From: Bacteroidales bacterium
Lineage (GTDB): Bacteria > Bacteroidota > Bacteroidia > Bacteroidales > P3
Length of the DNA: 64,000 bases
Assembly (NCBI GenBank): GCA_017483575.1
Contig: JAFUWF010000005.1
Location: forward strand, 114-64,113
Reading direction: 5' to 3'
Numbering within the stretch: the first letter of the stretch is position 1; each line of letters opens with the position of its first letter. The position numbers were made by a program, and so were the translations under genes. A model generated the notes under the pieces. That model searched no databases and was not told the origin of the DNA. It saw only the letters and a program-made list of their open reading frames with translations. This document shows positions 43,042-52,204 of this stretch, in pieces.

Positions 43042-43344
43042 ATGAATACCACCATCAAAGAACAGAACGGCGAACTCGTTGCCTTCTTCGAGGGCCGTCT
43101 CGACACCGCAGCAGCCCCTCAGGCCGAAAAGGACATCCAGCCCCTGCTCGCCAGCAACGGCAAGAACATCGTGCTCGACTGCAACGCGCTGGAATACATC
43201 TCCTCCAGCGGTCTGCGCCTCTTCCTCACGGTGCTCAAGAGCGCCAAGGCCAAAGGCGGACATGTCTTCATCACCGGCATGAACAACGACATCCGCAACG
43301 TCTTCTCCATGACGGGCTTCACCAACCTCTTCGAATTCCGCTAG
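43042..43344 (+). CDS. STAS-domain anti-anti-sigma-type protein (RsbV/SpoIIAA-like)
   Basis: 100 aa. The phosphorylatable-serine context (LEYISSSGLRLFL) is typical of STAS antagonists. Confidence 0.8.
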   Translation: MNTTIKEQNGELVAFFEGRLDTAAAPQAEKDIQPLLASNGKNIVLDCNALEYISSSGLRLFLTVLKSAKAKGGHVFITGMNNDIRNVFSMTGFTNLFEFR

Positions 43345-43345
43345 T

Positions 43346-44446
43346 ATGGACGCCCACAGCGAATCATTGCTCGAACAGTTCCGGCAACGGAAGCCTCTGC
43401 TCGTCGAGTTGGAGGCCATAGTGCTCCAACGTCTGCAAGAAGCCCTCAACCAGCAGCACATACAGGTGACGGCCATCGACCACCGTGTCAAAGAAGAACG
43501 GTCGCTGGCAGGCAAACTGGAACGCAAGGGTTCGAAATACAAGTCGATAGACGATATCACCGACCTCCTCGGCATTCGTGTCATCACGTTCTATACCGAT
43601 GATGTGGACAAGGTGGCAGCGTTGGTGGCTCAGATGTTCGACATCGACTGGAGCAACTCCGTGGACAAGCGCAAGCTGCACGAGCTGGACAGCTTCGGCT
43701 ACAACTCGCTGCACTACATATGCCGCCTGCCCGAGGGAGCGCCGGCAGAGCTATGCCGTATACCCTTCGAGATACAGATGCGTACAGCGTTGCAGCACGT
43801 GTGGTCCACCCTCAACCACGACACCGGGTACAAAAGCGACGTGCAGATTCCACGCGAGTACGTGAGGCAGTTCGGCCGCCTGGCGGGCATGCTGGAGCTG
43901 GTGGACAACGAGTTCAGCCGCCTGCGCACCTCGCTGGCCGACTACCGCCGCCGCATGCAGAGCCTCGTGGCTTCGGGGCAGCTGGAGGAGGTGCCGCTGA
44001 ACGCCGACACCTGGGACAACTACCTCCTGACGCACCCCTTCGACCGGCTGAACAACCGCATCGCCGCCGTCAACCAGGCCGAGGTGTTCCCGGCGCCGCT
44101 GCAGCCCTTCCTGCCCATTCTCATCTCCTTCGGCATGCAGACGCTGGGCGACGTGCAGCAGATGGTCGACAGCCAGTCGGACAACGCCTACCTCCTCGCC
44201 CTCTCGCGTGTCGGCCTCACCGACATCGACATCATCACCGAAAGCGTGGGACTGATGAACCTCTGCATCGTACATGCACTGCAGAACGGTGGCGGCACCC
44301 CCGCCGTCTGCCGCATATTGGACACCGTCAGCGGCGGAGCCCAGCCTGAGCTTCAGCGAACGGCCTGCGACCGAAGTGGAGCAAACGGTGCCCTCGCCGA
44401 GTCCATCGTCCGTCACGCCTCGTCACTCCCATTCATGCAGAGATGA
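43346..44446 (+). CDS. RelA/SpoT synthetase-domain protein (single-domain alarmone synthetase-like, 366 aa)
   Basis: Synthetase motifs are all present: HRVKEERSLAGKLERKG, DLLGIRVI, GYNSLHY, FEIQMRTALQHVW, HDTGYK. The ATG lies 1 nt after the STAS stop. Confidence 0.75.
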   Translation: MDAHSESLLEQFRQRKPLLVELEAIVLQRLQEALNQQHIQVTAIDHRVKEERSLAGKLERKGSKYKSIDDITDLLGIRVITFYTDDVDKVAALVAQMFDIDWSNSVDKRKLHELDSFGYNSLHYICRLPEGAPAELCRIPFEIQMRTALQHVWSTLNHDTGYKSDVQIPREYVRQFGRLAGMLELVDNEFSRLRTSLADYRRRMQSLVASGQLEEVPLNADTWDNYLLTHPFDRLNNRIAAVNQAEVFPAPLQPFLPILISFGMQTLGDVQQMVDSQSDNAYLLALSRVGLTDIDIITESVGLMNLCIVHALQNGGGTPAVCRILDTVSGGAQPELQRTACDRSGANGALAESIVRHASSLPFMQR

Positions 44447-45012
44447 ACACATCGCTACTCGACCGCGCCATCGTCTTCGCCGTCCGCGCCCACGCCGGCA
44501 CACCCCGCAAGGGGAAGAATTTCCCGTATATCGTCCACCCGCTGGAAGCCATGGCCATCGTGGCCACCATGACCGACGACCAAGAGCTGCTGGCGGCGGC
44601 GGCGCTGCACGACACCATCGAGGACACGGGGACCACCCGAGAGGAGCTGCAGCGGGAATTCGGCCCGCGCGTGGCCGACCTGGTGCAGGCCGAAAGCGAC
44701 ATCGAGGTGGACGGCCTGGGCCATGCTGCCAGTTGGCGCGAGCGCAAGCAGGTGGCACTCGACAGGCTGGCCAAGGCGCCACGCGAGGTGCAGATAGTGG
44801 CCCTCGGCGACAAACTTTCCAACATGCGAGCCATCGCCCGCGACTATGCCCGTCAGGGCGACGCCCTCTGGCAGATATTCAACGTCAAGGACCCCGCCCA
44901 GCATGCCTGGCGCTACCGCGCGCTGGCCGACACCCTCTCCCCCCTGGCAGACACCGAGGCCTACCAGGAGTTCAAGGCGCTTGTCGAGCAGGTCTTTACA
45001 GTTAAGAGTTAG
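44443..45012 (+). CDS. HD-domain protein of the SpoT/small-alarmone-hydrolase type
   Basis: HPLEAMAIV...AAALHDTIEDTG (H..HD..ED) motif; 189 aa. ATGA overlap with the synthetase gene. Confidence 0.7.
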   Translation: MNTSLLDRAIVFAVRAHAGTPRKGKNFPYIVHPLEAMAIVATMTDDQELLAAAALHDTIEDTGTTREELQREFGPRVADLVQAESDIEVDGLGHAASWRERKQVALDRLAKAPREVQIVALGDKLSNMRAIARDYARQGDALWQIFNVKDPAQHAWRYRALADTLSPLADTEAYQEFKALVEQVFTVKS

Positions 45013-45029
45013 AGTTTTTCAATTTTTAC

Positions 45030-45779
45030 TTACAGGATGTTGTAACATACCCCCACTGTGCCGTAGAGTGGGTAGAGGGGCTGTTCGACGGTGGAGAAAC
45101 TGGAGGGGAAGATTCCTGTGAGGCCAATGCCTAGGTCGAGGGATAAAGCCAATCGCGGCAGCGCCTGCCAGTCGACACCGAGCGTGATGCCCATTTGGAG
45201 TGAGCGCATCTCGTCGCTGAAGTCGTAGGTAGCCCAGGTGTCGGGAGTGTCGCCAATGGTAATCTTGGGGCCTGTGGGACCGCCTTGCCGCAGGTAGCCA
45301 TCACTGGCAGTGCCACTAAAGTCTTTCGTCAGCAGGAGCGACAGGTAGGGACCCGCCTTGAGGTGCCATTTGGGGGATGCTTGCCATAGGGCGTAGATGG
45401 GCACAGAGAGCATTGTGAGGCCCACCTGCTGACTGACGTGGCCGGTGAACACACCCTCGATGGCATCGGTGCCTTTGCGGAGTTCCATGTGATAGCTTTG
45501 GGCGCTGATGTCGGCGTCCATGGCCTTGCGTTCGTAGCGTAGGCCGACGGCCACGGCCCACCGCCCCTCCAGCCCGTAGGTGGCGTCGAGGCCGACGGCG
45601 AACGAGGGTGTGAGACGGAAGGCGTCGATGCCGCTCACGCCGTCGGGCACGCCTATCGGGGAGGTGGCGCCGACGCTGTAGCCGGCACGGGCGTGCAGAC
45701 GTATGCCTTCGCCGGCGAAGGCCTCTTGCGTAAGCATGCCGGCAAGCAAAATCAGAAAGGCCAGTCTATTTTTATTCAT
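45030..45779 (-). CDS. Porin-family outer-membrane beta-barrel protein
   Basis: Signal peptide, alternating hydrophobic beta-strand pattern, 249 aa. Overlaps the upstream gene by 8 nt. Confidence 0.6.
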   Translation of the reverse strand: MNKNRLAFLILLAGMLTQEAFAGEGIRLHARAGYSVGATSPIGVPDGVSGIDAFRLTPSFAVGLDATYGLEGRWAVAVGLRYERKAMDADISAQSYHMELRKGTDAIEGVFTGHVSQQVGLTMLSVPIYALWQASPKWHLKAGPYLSLLLTKDFSGTASDGYLRQGGPTGPKITIGDTPDTWATYDFSDEMRSLQMGITLGVDWQALPRLALSLDLGIGLTGIFPSSFSTVEQPLYPLYGTVGVCYNIL

Positions 45780-46950
45780 TGGTGTAGGTGACGGTTACTT
45801 CATCAATATACAGTGTGCTGCCTATGGCACCCTCGAAGGTGTCGCCGTTTTTGCTCGACGAAAAGACGATGGTCATACTGTAGCCGAGCGATGCGAGGAG
45901 CTCGGCATCGGCACTTCCGCCCTCGAATGATACCTCGAAGCGTGTCCACTCGTCGGTGGGGGGCAATGAGGCCACGACGGCTTTCTTGACGACGTAGGGG
46001 CTTGTGAGCACATCGTCGCCGTAGAGGACGACGGGCTCGCCTGCCTCGTTCTGGTTGCGGAAGAAGACGGCGTAGACGCTAGCCTCGTCGGTGCGGCCTG
46101 CAAGGGTTTCGCCGCTGGCGTTGGTGAAGGTTTCGCCGGGCTGGTATTTGTAGTAGCCGCTCAGCGAGACGGGTTCCTGTGTCGTCGGGGTGCCGAAGAC
46201 GGTGCTCTTCAGCGGGTCGACGACCACCTGTTCGAGGTCGAAAGTTCCGATGAAGAGGTTGCCTGCGGCAATGGGCTTGCCCATCATTGCACCCAGTGCG
46301 CCTGCGTCTTGGGTACTGAGGCACACGCCCTTGCCTTGGTAGCCATCGGCCACCGAGCGGGTCGGGAAGTCGGCCGGCATCCATTCGGTATGTACCAGCG
46401 AGACACCCAGGTTGCCCGAGGCCCAGATATAGTTACGCTCGCCGCCGGCGGTCTGCTCGTAGAACACATGGTAGACGTTGCCCATGATACCGTCGTCGGT
46501 GCTGTCCACACCCTCGAAACTGTAGGTATAGGTGGGAGTGGCGACGGTGTCGTGTTGGCGGAACAGCACGGTGTACTGCCGATGGTTGGACTTGTCCTCC
46601 GATGTGACGGTGTAGGTGACAGGCCCTGCGGTGAAGTCCTGCAGCGATCCGCTGGCGGGGCTCACGATGGCACCGTCGGTGAGGGTGAAATAGACGGGCA
46701 ACGCCGCAGGCAATTCGCTCATCGAACGCACGGTGAATACCACCTCGGTGGTGGTCGACGAGATGTTCTCCACGCGCATGTCGGCCGTGCGGTAGAAGTA
46801 CTGCTCATACTCCTCGCCTTCGACCCAGGCGCTAAGCATGTCGCATTCGGTGTTCAGCTTTTCCTCTTTGGAGCACGAGCCCAACAGGAGACAGAGAGCG
46901 GAAACGACGATGGCGCATCCGCGATTGATGGTGATGATGTTGTTGTTCAT
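45772..46950 (-). CDS. Surface lipoprotein, possibly PCMD-domain family (tentative)
   Basis: Lipobox LLLGSCSKEE; 392 aa. N-terminal Ig-like region (GSLQDFTAGPVTYTVTSEDKSNHRQYTVLF). The family assignment is from memory only. Confidence 0.45.
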   Translation of the reverse strand: MNNNIITINRGCAIVVSALCLLLGSCSKEEKLNTECDMLSAWVEGEEYEQYFYRTADMRVENISSTTTEVVFTVRSMSELPAALPVYFTLTDGAIVSPASGSLQDFTAGPVTYTVTSEDKSNHRQYTVLFRQHDTVATPTYTYSFEGVDSTDDGIMGNVYHVFYEQTAGGERNYIWASGNLGVSLVHTEWMPADFPTRSVADGYQGKGVCLSTQDAGALGAMMGKPIAAGNLFIGTFDLEQVVVDPLKSTVFGTPTTQEPVSLSGYYKYQPGETFTNASGETLAGRTDEASVYAVFFRNQNEAGEPVVLYGDDVLTSPYVVKKAVVASLPPTDEWTRFEVSFEGGSADAELLASLGYSMTIVFSSSKNGDTFEGAIGSTLYIDEVTVTYTNE

Positions 46951-47032
46951 TGTGTTATTGAGTTATTGAGTTATTGTTTGATTAAGATATTTCGGGATGC
47001 TGGACGGAGAGGGGGCAGCCGCCCGCGGAAAG

Positions 47033-47881
47033 TCAGTAGGCATAAACCAGTCCGTATTTTTCGTGGAGCCGACGCAGGGTTCCGTCGGCTTTCATCTGCG
47101 CGATGACACTGTTGACGAGGGCGAGGAGGTCGTCCTGCCCCTTGCGCATCAGCACACCGATTTCGCCGTGGGTAAAGGGCCGTGAGAGCAGCGGGGCGGC
47201 AAGGCGCGGGTCGTTCTGCACATACCACGGCGCTTCGGTGATTTCGGTAATCATCACGTCGGCGTTGCCCTCGGCCACCTGGTTGGGAATTTCCTCGTTC
47301 TGCTGGTAGACGATGACGGTGGCGTGCGGAAGGCTGTCGCGGGCGAACTGCTCGTTGAGGCCGCCGGGGTTCACCATGACGCGCACCTCGGGGCGGTCGA
47401 TGTCGGCCAGCGTGCGGAAGCGCGACGTGTCCTCCGTGCGGCAGAGGATGGTCTTGCCGTTGGCCAGGTAGCCGTCGCTCATCAGCATGACTTCCCGGCG
47501 GGCATTGGTGATGGTGATGCCGCCGATGGCGAGGTCGAACATCTGCGGCTCGGCCAGCACGTCGGCCGTCAGGGTGGGCCACGAAGTGGGCACGAACTCG
47601 ACGCTCACGCCTATCCGCTCGGCTATCTGTTCGGCCATCTCGATGCCGAAGCCCCAGTAGCTGCCGTCGGCCTCGCGATAGGACAGCGGGCGGTAGTCGC
47701 CGGTGGTGCCGGCCAGGAGCATGCCGCGGTCGGCGATGCGCTGCACGGTGGGCTGGCTTGCGCGCGGATGCTCGTCGGTCGCCGAACAGGCGGTGAATAC
47801 CACCGAGCACACCAAGCCCACCCAGAGGGCCAGCATGCGGGGGCGGAAGAGGGATATCTGTCTCATATTGTACATATCCAT
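47033..47881 (-). CDS. Amino-acid ABC transporter substrate-binding lipoprotein (SBP_bac_3)
   Basis: Lipobox VVFTACS. Conserved GTTGDYRPLSY...GFGIEMAEQIA...DLAIGGITIT pattern. It is an orphan relative to the permease/ATPase pair at 38.8-40.5 kb. Confidence 0.8.
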   Translation of the reverse strand: MDMYNMRQISLFRPRMLALWVGLVCSVVFTACSATDEHPRASQPTVQRIADRGMLLAGTTGDYRPLSYREADGSYWGFGIEMAEQIAERIGVSVEFVPTSWPTLTADVLAEPQMFDLAIGGITITNARREVMLMSDGYLANGKTILCRTEDTSRFRTLADIDRPEVRVMVNPGGLNEQFARDSLPHATVIVYQQNEEIPNQVAEGNADVMITEITEAPWYVQNDPRLAAPLLSRPFTHGEIGVLMRKGQDDLLALVNSVIAQMKADGTLRRLHEKYGLVYAY

Positions 47882-47886
47882 GATTA

Positions 47887-47918
47887 ACGAATTAACGAAT
47901 TAACGAATTAACGAATTC
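47887..47918. repeat. Octamer tandem repeat (ACGAATTA)x4
   Basis: GATTAACGAATTAACGAATTAACGAATTAACGAATTC lies between two minus-strand genes. The last unit abuts the stop codon at 47917. Confidence 0.8.
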
Positions 47919-48975
47919 AGAAAGTGAAGTCGACTTTCTGCACGCCCTCGCCGTAGATGGTCTTGAAGTCGTCGCGCATCGAGACGACTTGGTAGCCGGC
48001 CTGGCGCCACTGCTCGCCCAGCTGCAGGGCCTTCTGGCGGTCGGCGTGGTCGCGCTGGTCGTCGTCGGCTATCAGCATGAAGGCCATCGAGCGGTGCGGG
48101 CTCGACAGGCAGTAGTTGTGCATGGCCGCGTCGCCGCCGCTGTTGCCGAACGAGAGGACGGGCACCTTGCCTATCTCCTGGCTAATCTGGAGGACCTTGT
48201 TGGTCTTCAGGTTCTTGATGATGAGCTCGTCGGTGCGGACGATGTCCTCCTCGGCGCCCATGGTGTAGTTGACGCCGGCCTCGGTGCCCTGGCTGGAGGA
48301 CTGGAGCCTCACGTCCATCCCGATTACGCGGTTGGGCTCGATGCCGAGGTCTTCGACGAGGGCTCGGCAGATGAAGCGGTCGGAGCCGGAGACGACATAG
48401 TAGGTGAAGCCGTTGGCCTCCAGGTAGTCGAACACCTGCAGCATGGGCTTGTAGAAGCTCTGTCCGTAGGTCATCCCTGTGAATCCGTTGGCCGGGCGGG
48501 CCGCGTAGGCCTTGACGTATGCGTCGAACTCGGCCAGCGTCATGCCAGCGTAGGCCTTGGCAGCGGCCTGGGCATGCTTCATGTCGAAGTGCGCCGGCAG
48601 CGGCGTGCCGTTCCGCACGAAGTCACGGATTTCCTGCGCCGCCTCGCGGACGTCGTCGGGGGCGATGTTACGGTACTGGGGGTCGTCCAGCGCACGGTAC
48701 TCCAACAGGTTGTACTCGAAATAGGTGGGGTAGAGCTCGCCGATGAAGGTGCCGTCCATGTCGAAGGTGGCGATGCGGTCCTCCGGACGGATGTAGTTGG
48801 CGGAGGCGGGGTTGGTCACGTCCGCCACATACTCCTGCAGCGACATCAGTGCCTCACACTGGTTCCACAGCGTGAAATAGTCCTTCGCCGCCGGCGCCAC
48901 ATGCTCCTTCGAGCAGCTGCTCATGATAACGACTGTCGCCACCGCGAAGGCCAGGAATCGTACAAATTGTTTCAT
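47917..48975 (-). CDS. HAD-superfamily hydrolase lipoprotein
   Basis: Lipobox IMSSCSKE. Motif I FDMDGTF. Later SGSDRF and GNSGGDAAM motifs. 352 aa. Confidence 0.65.
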   Translation of the reverse strand: MKQFVRFLAFAVATVVIMSSCSKEHVAPAAKDYFTLWNQCEALMSLQEYVADVTNPASANYIRPEDRIATFDMDGTFIGELYPTYFEYNLLEYRALDDPQYRNIAPDDVREAAQEIRDFVRNGTPLPAHFDMKHAQAAAKAYAGMTLAEFDAYVKAYAARPANGFTGMTYGQSFYKPMLQVFDYLEANGFTYYVVSGSDRFICRALVEDLGIEPNRVIGMDVRLQSSSQGTEAGVNYTMGAEEDIVRTDELIIKNLKTNKVLQISQEIGKVPVLSFGNSGGDAAMHNYCLSSPHRSMAFMLIADDDQRDHADRQKALQLGEQWRQAGYQVVSMRDDFKTIYGEGVQKVDFTF

Positions 48976-49017
48976 CGTCTATGTTGCTTTATGCTATGTA
49001 TATTGTGTAAATCTCGA

Positions 49018-49185
49018 TTACTCAACTCCGCATTGGCGTCGCGTATCTTCTGCAGCATGCGGGGCGTTCCAGGCGGCGCAGACGGTGATGAGCAGCGTCA
49101 CCTGCAGGCCGTCCAGAATCATCCTGTACCGCCCCTCGGCGATCAGGTTGTTGTTGAAACTTTCTATAATATTACCTAAAAGCAT
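49018..49185 (-). pseudogene. 55-codon remnant resembling the N-terminus of an amino-acid ABC permease
   Basis: The minus-strand ORF MLLGNIIESFNNNLIAEGRYRMILDGLQVTLLITVCAAWNA... has a permease-like start (LxGLxVTLLI). It then runs into a 44-nt repeat shared with 52416-52458 and stops. It is too short for the ORF track. Confidence 0.3.
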
Positions 49186-49205
49186 TGTGTGATTGTGTTA
49201 TTGCG

Positions 49206-49589
49206 TTACTTGGTATTGCCTTGTTTCCTTATCTCCTCTTCCCGGTGCTGGACGGAGAGCGGCTGGCCCTCCTGCGAGAGGTAGAACATGTAGAGGACGG
49301 CGGGCACGGGGCCGCGGTTCTCGCCGTGGTGGATGGTGCCGACCATCTCGACAATGGGCTCGCCCTCATGGAGGGTCGTCTCGCGGCCGTCGTGGCAGAC
49401 GATGGTCAGCTCGCCCTGCACCAGGACGCCGTGGTTCATCACCGGATGGTGGTGCCAGCCGAGCCTCTGCCCGGCGGGAATCTCGTACCTGACGGCCACC
49501 AGCTCGGGTCGCCCCTGCGGGTAGTCGGGCAGCGCCGCGCCGTCCCAGCTCCGGCTGGTGTGCAGCAGTTCGGTGGTTGTTACGTTCAT
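49206..49589 (-). CDS. Cupin-domain protein
   Basis: GWHHHPVMNHGVLVQGEL...GTIHHGEN are the cupin motifs. 127 aa from the ATG at 49587-49589, with an ATGA overlap with the upstream gene. Confidence 0.75.
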   Translation of the reverse strand: MNVTTTELLHTSRSWDGAALPDYPQGRPELVAVRYEIPAGQRLGWHHHPVMNHGVLVQGELTIVCHDGRETTLHEGEPIVEMVGTIHHGENRGPVPAVLYMFYLSQEGQPLSVQHREEEIRKQGNTK

Positions 49590-51472
49590 CTGACTACGAC
49601 GATTTTCCGGGCCGGACGGGAGCCGATTTTGACCATATAGACGCCGGCCCGCAGCCCGCAGCCCGCAGCAGGCAGCAGGCGACCGGTGATGTCGAAGAGC
49701 TGGACGGGTTCGCCGTCGGCGCCGGTGATGACGAGGCGGCCGTCGCGGACGGCGATGCCGACGACCGAGTCGTCGGCCACACTGCCGATGCCCACGCCGT
49801 CGGGGGCGAAGTGGGCGACGAGGGTGGTGTCCGAGGTGAGGGTGAGTGTGCGGGGGTTGCTGGTGTCGCCGTCGCTCCAATGGTCGAAGCGGTAGCCGCT
49901 GGCGGCGGTGGCCTGGACCACGGCATCCTGCCCGCAGTCGGGCTCGGTGAGCACCTCGACCGTGCCCATGGCCTCGTCGTCCGAGAGGACATCGAGGGTG
50001 TACATCATCTCTTCGCTGAAGTTCTCAAAGCGGGTCCAGCCTGCGGCGTAGGACTCCTGGCTGCCGCAGGGGATGTGGATGGTGGCGGTGCGCGGCACGC
50101 CGTTGAAAGCCGTCAGCCCCAGCCCCGGCGCTGTGGCGGGCTTGGCATAGATGTCCGTCAGGCTTGTGCAGCCTATGAAGGCCGAGGTTTTAATCGAGTC
50201 CACCCCGGCAGGGAGGTTGATGCTGGTCAGCGACTCGCAGAAGGAGAAGACCCATCCCTCGATGGTGGTGACGCCCTCGGGGATGGTGACGCCGTCGAGG
50301 CTGGAGCAGTAGTTGAAAGCGGAGTTGCCAATCGTGGTGACGCCCTCGGGGATGTTGATGGCGGTCAGATTCCAGCAGAAGAAGAAGGCTTCGTCGCCGA
50401 TGGAGGTGAGGCCCTCGGGGAGGGTGACGCTGACCAGTTCGTCGTGCTCTGCGAAGGCACCCTGGCCGATGGCCGTGACCGTCGGGGGAACGGTGACCAC
50501 GCTGTCGCTGCCGAGGTAGAGGTTGAGGGTGGTGAAGGTCGAGTCGGCATAGACGAAGTCGCCGTCCGCCACGCCGTTCATGCTGTAGGCTCCCCAGTAT
50601 AGGTCGTCGTCCTCGTAGGTGGCGCTGCCGTGGTAGATAATTCGTCCGATAGAGAAGAAGGCGTAGTGGCCGATGGTGTCAACGCCGTCCGGCACGGTGA
50701 AGGGACTCAGGCTCTCGCAGCCCATGAAGGCCTGCTCGCCGATGGCCGTCACCGTGCTGGAGAAGCCCACACTGGTGAGCCCAAAGCAGAAGCGGAACGC
50801 CATCGCGCCGACCGTGGTCATGCCCTCGGGGAAGGTGACGGCGGCAAGACTGTCGTTGTTGTCGAAAGCCCTGGGGCCGATGACCGTGACCGTCGGGGGG
50901 ACGCTGACCGCCGAGTCGCTGCCGAGGTAGCAGGTGAGCGTCGTCAGCGTCGAGTCGGCGAAGACGAAGTCGCCCACCGTGACGCCGTTCATGCTGTGCG
51001 CCCCCCAGTAGATGCGGTTGGTCCATGTGGCGCTGCCGTGGTACTCGATGTGGCGGATGCCGTCGAAGGCATAATCCCCAATCACGGTTATCCAGTCGGG
51101 CACGGTGAGGCTCATAATCCCCCTGCAGGAGGAGAAGGCGTTGGCGCCAATCGTGGTCACCCCCTGCGGGAAGGTGACGCCCGTCAGGCCGTAGCACGAC
51201 GAGAAGGCGTGGTCGCCGATGGCGGTGACGGGGCGGTTCACGCCGCCGTGCAGCACGCTGTCGGGAATGACCAGCACCCCTGTGGGCTGTGTCTCGGAGC
51301 CCCAGCCCGAGCTGCCGGGGCGGACGATGGTCACGCCGCCCGTGCTGTCCACGTAGTCGTAGTAGATTGTCTGCCCCGACGGCGCCGTCACACTCCCGTC
51401 GTAGGCCATTGCGTTTCCGCTGGCGGCCATCATCATTGCCGCCGCTGCCATAAGTCGTAATGCTTTCTTCAT
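49586..51472 (-). CDS. BspA-type leucine-rich-repeat protein with T9SS C-terminal sorting domain
   Basis: Signal peptide MKKALRLMAAAAMMMAASGNAMA (start 51470-51472 inside track ORF). Many LRR_5 units (VTxIGxxAFxxCxxLTSIxxPxGV). C-terminal CTD-like ...GVYMVKIGSRPARKIVVVR. Confidence 0.8.
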   Translation of the reverse strand: MKKALRLMAAAAMMMAASGNAMAYDGSVTAPSGQTIYYDYVDSTGGVTIVRPGSSGWGSETQPTGVLVIPDSVLHGGVNRPVTAIGDHAFSSCYGLTGVTFPQGVTTIGANAFSSCRGIMSLTVPDWITVIGDYAFDGIRHIEYHGSATWTNRIYWGAHSMNGVTVGDFVFADSTLTTLTCYLGSDSAVSVPPTVTVIGPRAFDNNDSLAAVTFPEGMTTVGAMAFRFCFGLTSVGFSSTVTAIGEQAFMGCESLSPFTVPDGVDTIGHYAFFSIGRIIYHGSATYEDDDLYWGAYSMNGVADGDFVYADSTFTTLNLYLGSDSVVTVPPTVTAIGQGAFAEHDELVSVTLPEGLTSIGDEAFFFCWNLTAINIPEGVTTIGNSAFNYCSSLDGVTIPEGVTTIEGWVFSFCESLTSINLPAGVDSIKTSAFIGCTSLTDIYAKPATAPGLGLTAFNGVPRTATIHIPCGSQESYAAGWTRFENFSEEMMYTLDVLSDDEAMGTVEVLTEPDCGQDAVVQATAASGYRFDHWSDGDTSNPRTLTLTSDTTLVAHFAPDGVGIGSVADDSVVGIAVRDGRLVITGADGEPVQLFDITGRLLPAAGCGLRAGVYMVKIGSRPARKIVVVR

Positions 51473-51534
51473 TGTTGTGTTGCTATATATTATATTGTAT
51501 ATATACATTATTATACCTCTCTCCAATTTGCCCG

Positions 51535-51705
51535 ACAACGCCCCGAAGGGGCAGCGAGCTACTAGCCCAGGGCATCACCCTGGGTATCGGTATATTGTGG
51601 CATTTCTCGCCCCGAAGGGGCAAAAGCCCTAATAGGAAACAATGCTTTTGCCCTTTCAGGGCGTATGATACCTGCCTTCCACACCCAGGGCGTTGCCCTG
51701 GGCTA
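51535..51705. repeat. Cluster of GC-rich REP-like hairpins (3' side of the transposase gene)
   Basis: GCCCC-GAA-GGGGC occurs twice, together with CCCAGGG-CATCA-CCCTGGG, GCCCT-TTC-AGGGC and CCCAGGGC-GTT-GCCCTGGG. Confidence 0.65.
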
Positions 51706-51741
51706 TGCGCTTTCCGGCCTTTCCGGCCGATTATCGGGTAC

Positions 51742-52197
51742 CTAATCAGAGAATACATACCGCTCGTCATAATCCACATTGTATGATTTCAAAAATGCAA
51801 GATACTCGTCGCGGAAACTCTGCTTCTTGTGATGCTCCCGCTGGTTCCCAACATATTCTATGGTTTTGTCGACCACCGACTGACTGACCGAAAACACGGC
51901 ATATCCACCTTGCCAGGCGAACTTCTCGTATCGGGCATCTATGGTCTTTATCCATCGGCTACTGTTGCGCTTTACCTCCTCCACAAGATGTGCCACATTC
52001 TCGTTCCTCGACAGCATGCACAAGATATGGACATGGTCGCCGATGCCGCCGACACGGATAACCTGGCAGCCGGTGGTGTTGACCAGTTGACCGATATAGC
52101 TATGCAGACGGTCTAAATGTTCGTCGGCTATCTGCGGACTAGTGGTCTTCACGTGGAAGATGATATGCAAGTATATTTTACAAAGCGATTGTGCCAT
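51742..52197 (-). mobile_element. IS200/Y1-type HUH transposase, REP-associated tyrosine transposase (RAYT)-like
   Basis: HUH motif GDHVHIL. Catalytic Tyr context FAWQGGYAVFSVS. 151 aa from the ATG at 52195-52197. Lower GC than the surroundings and flanked on both sides by REP-like hairpins. Confidence 0.8.
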
Positions 52198-52204
52198 ATT
52201 TGTG

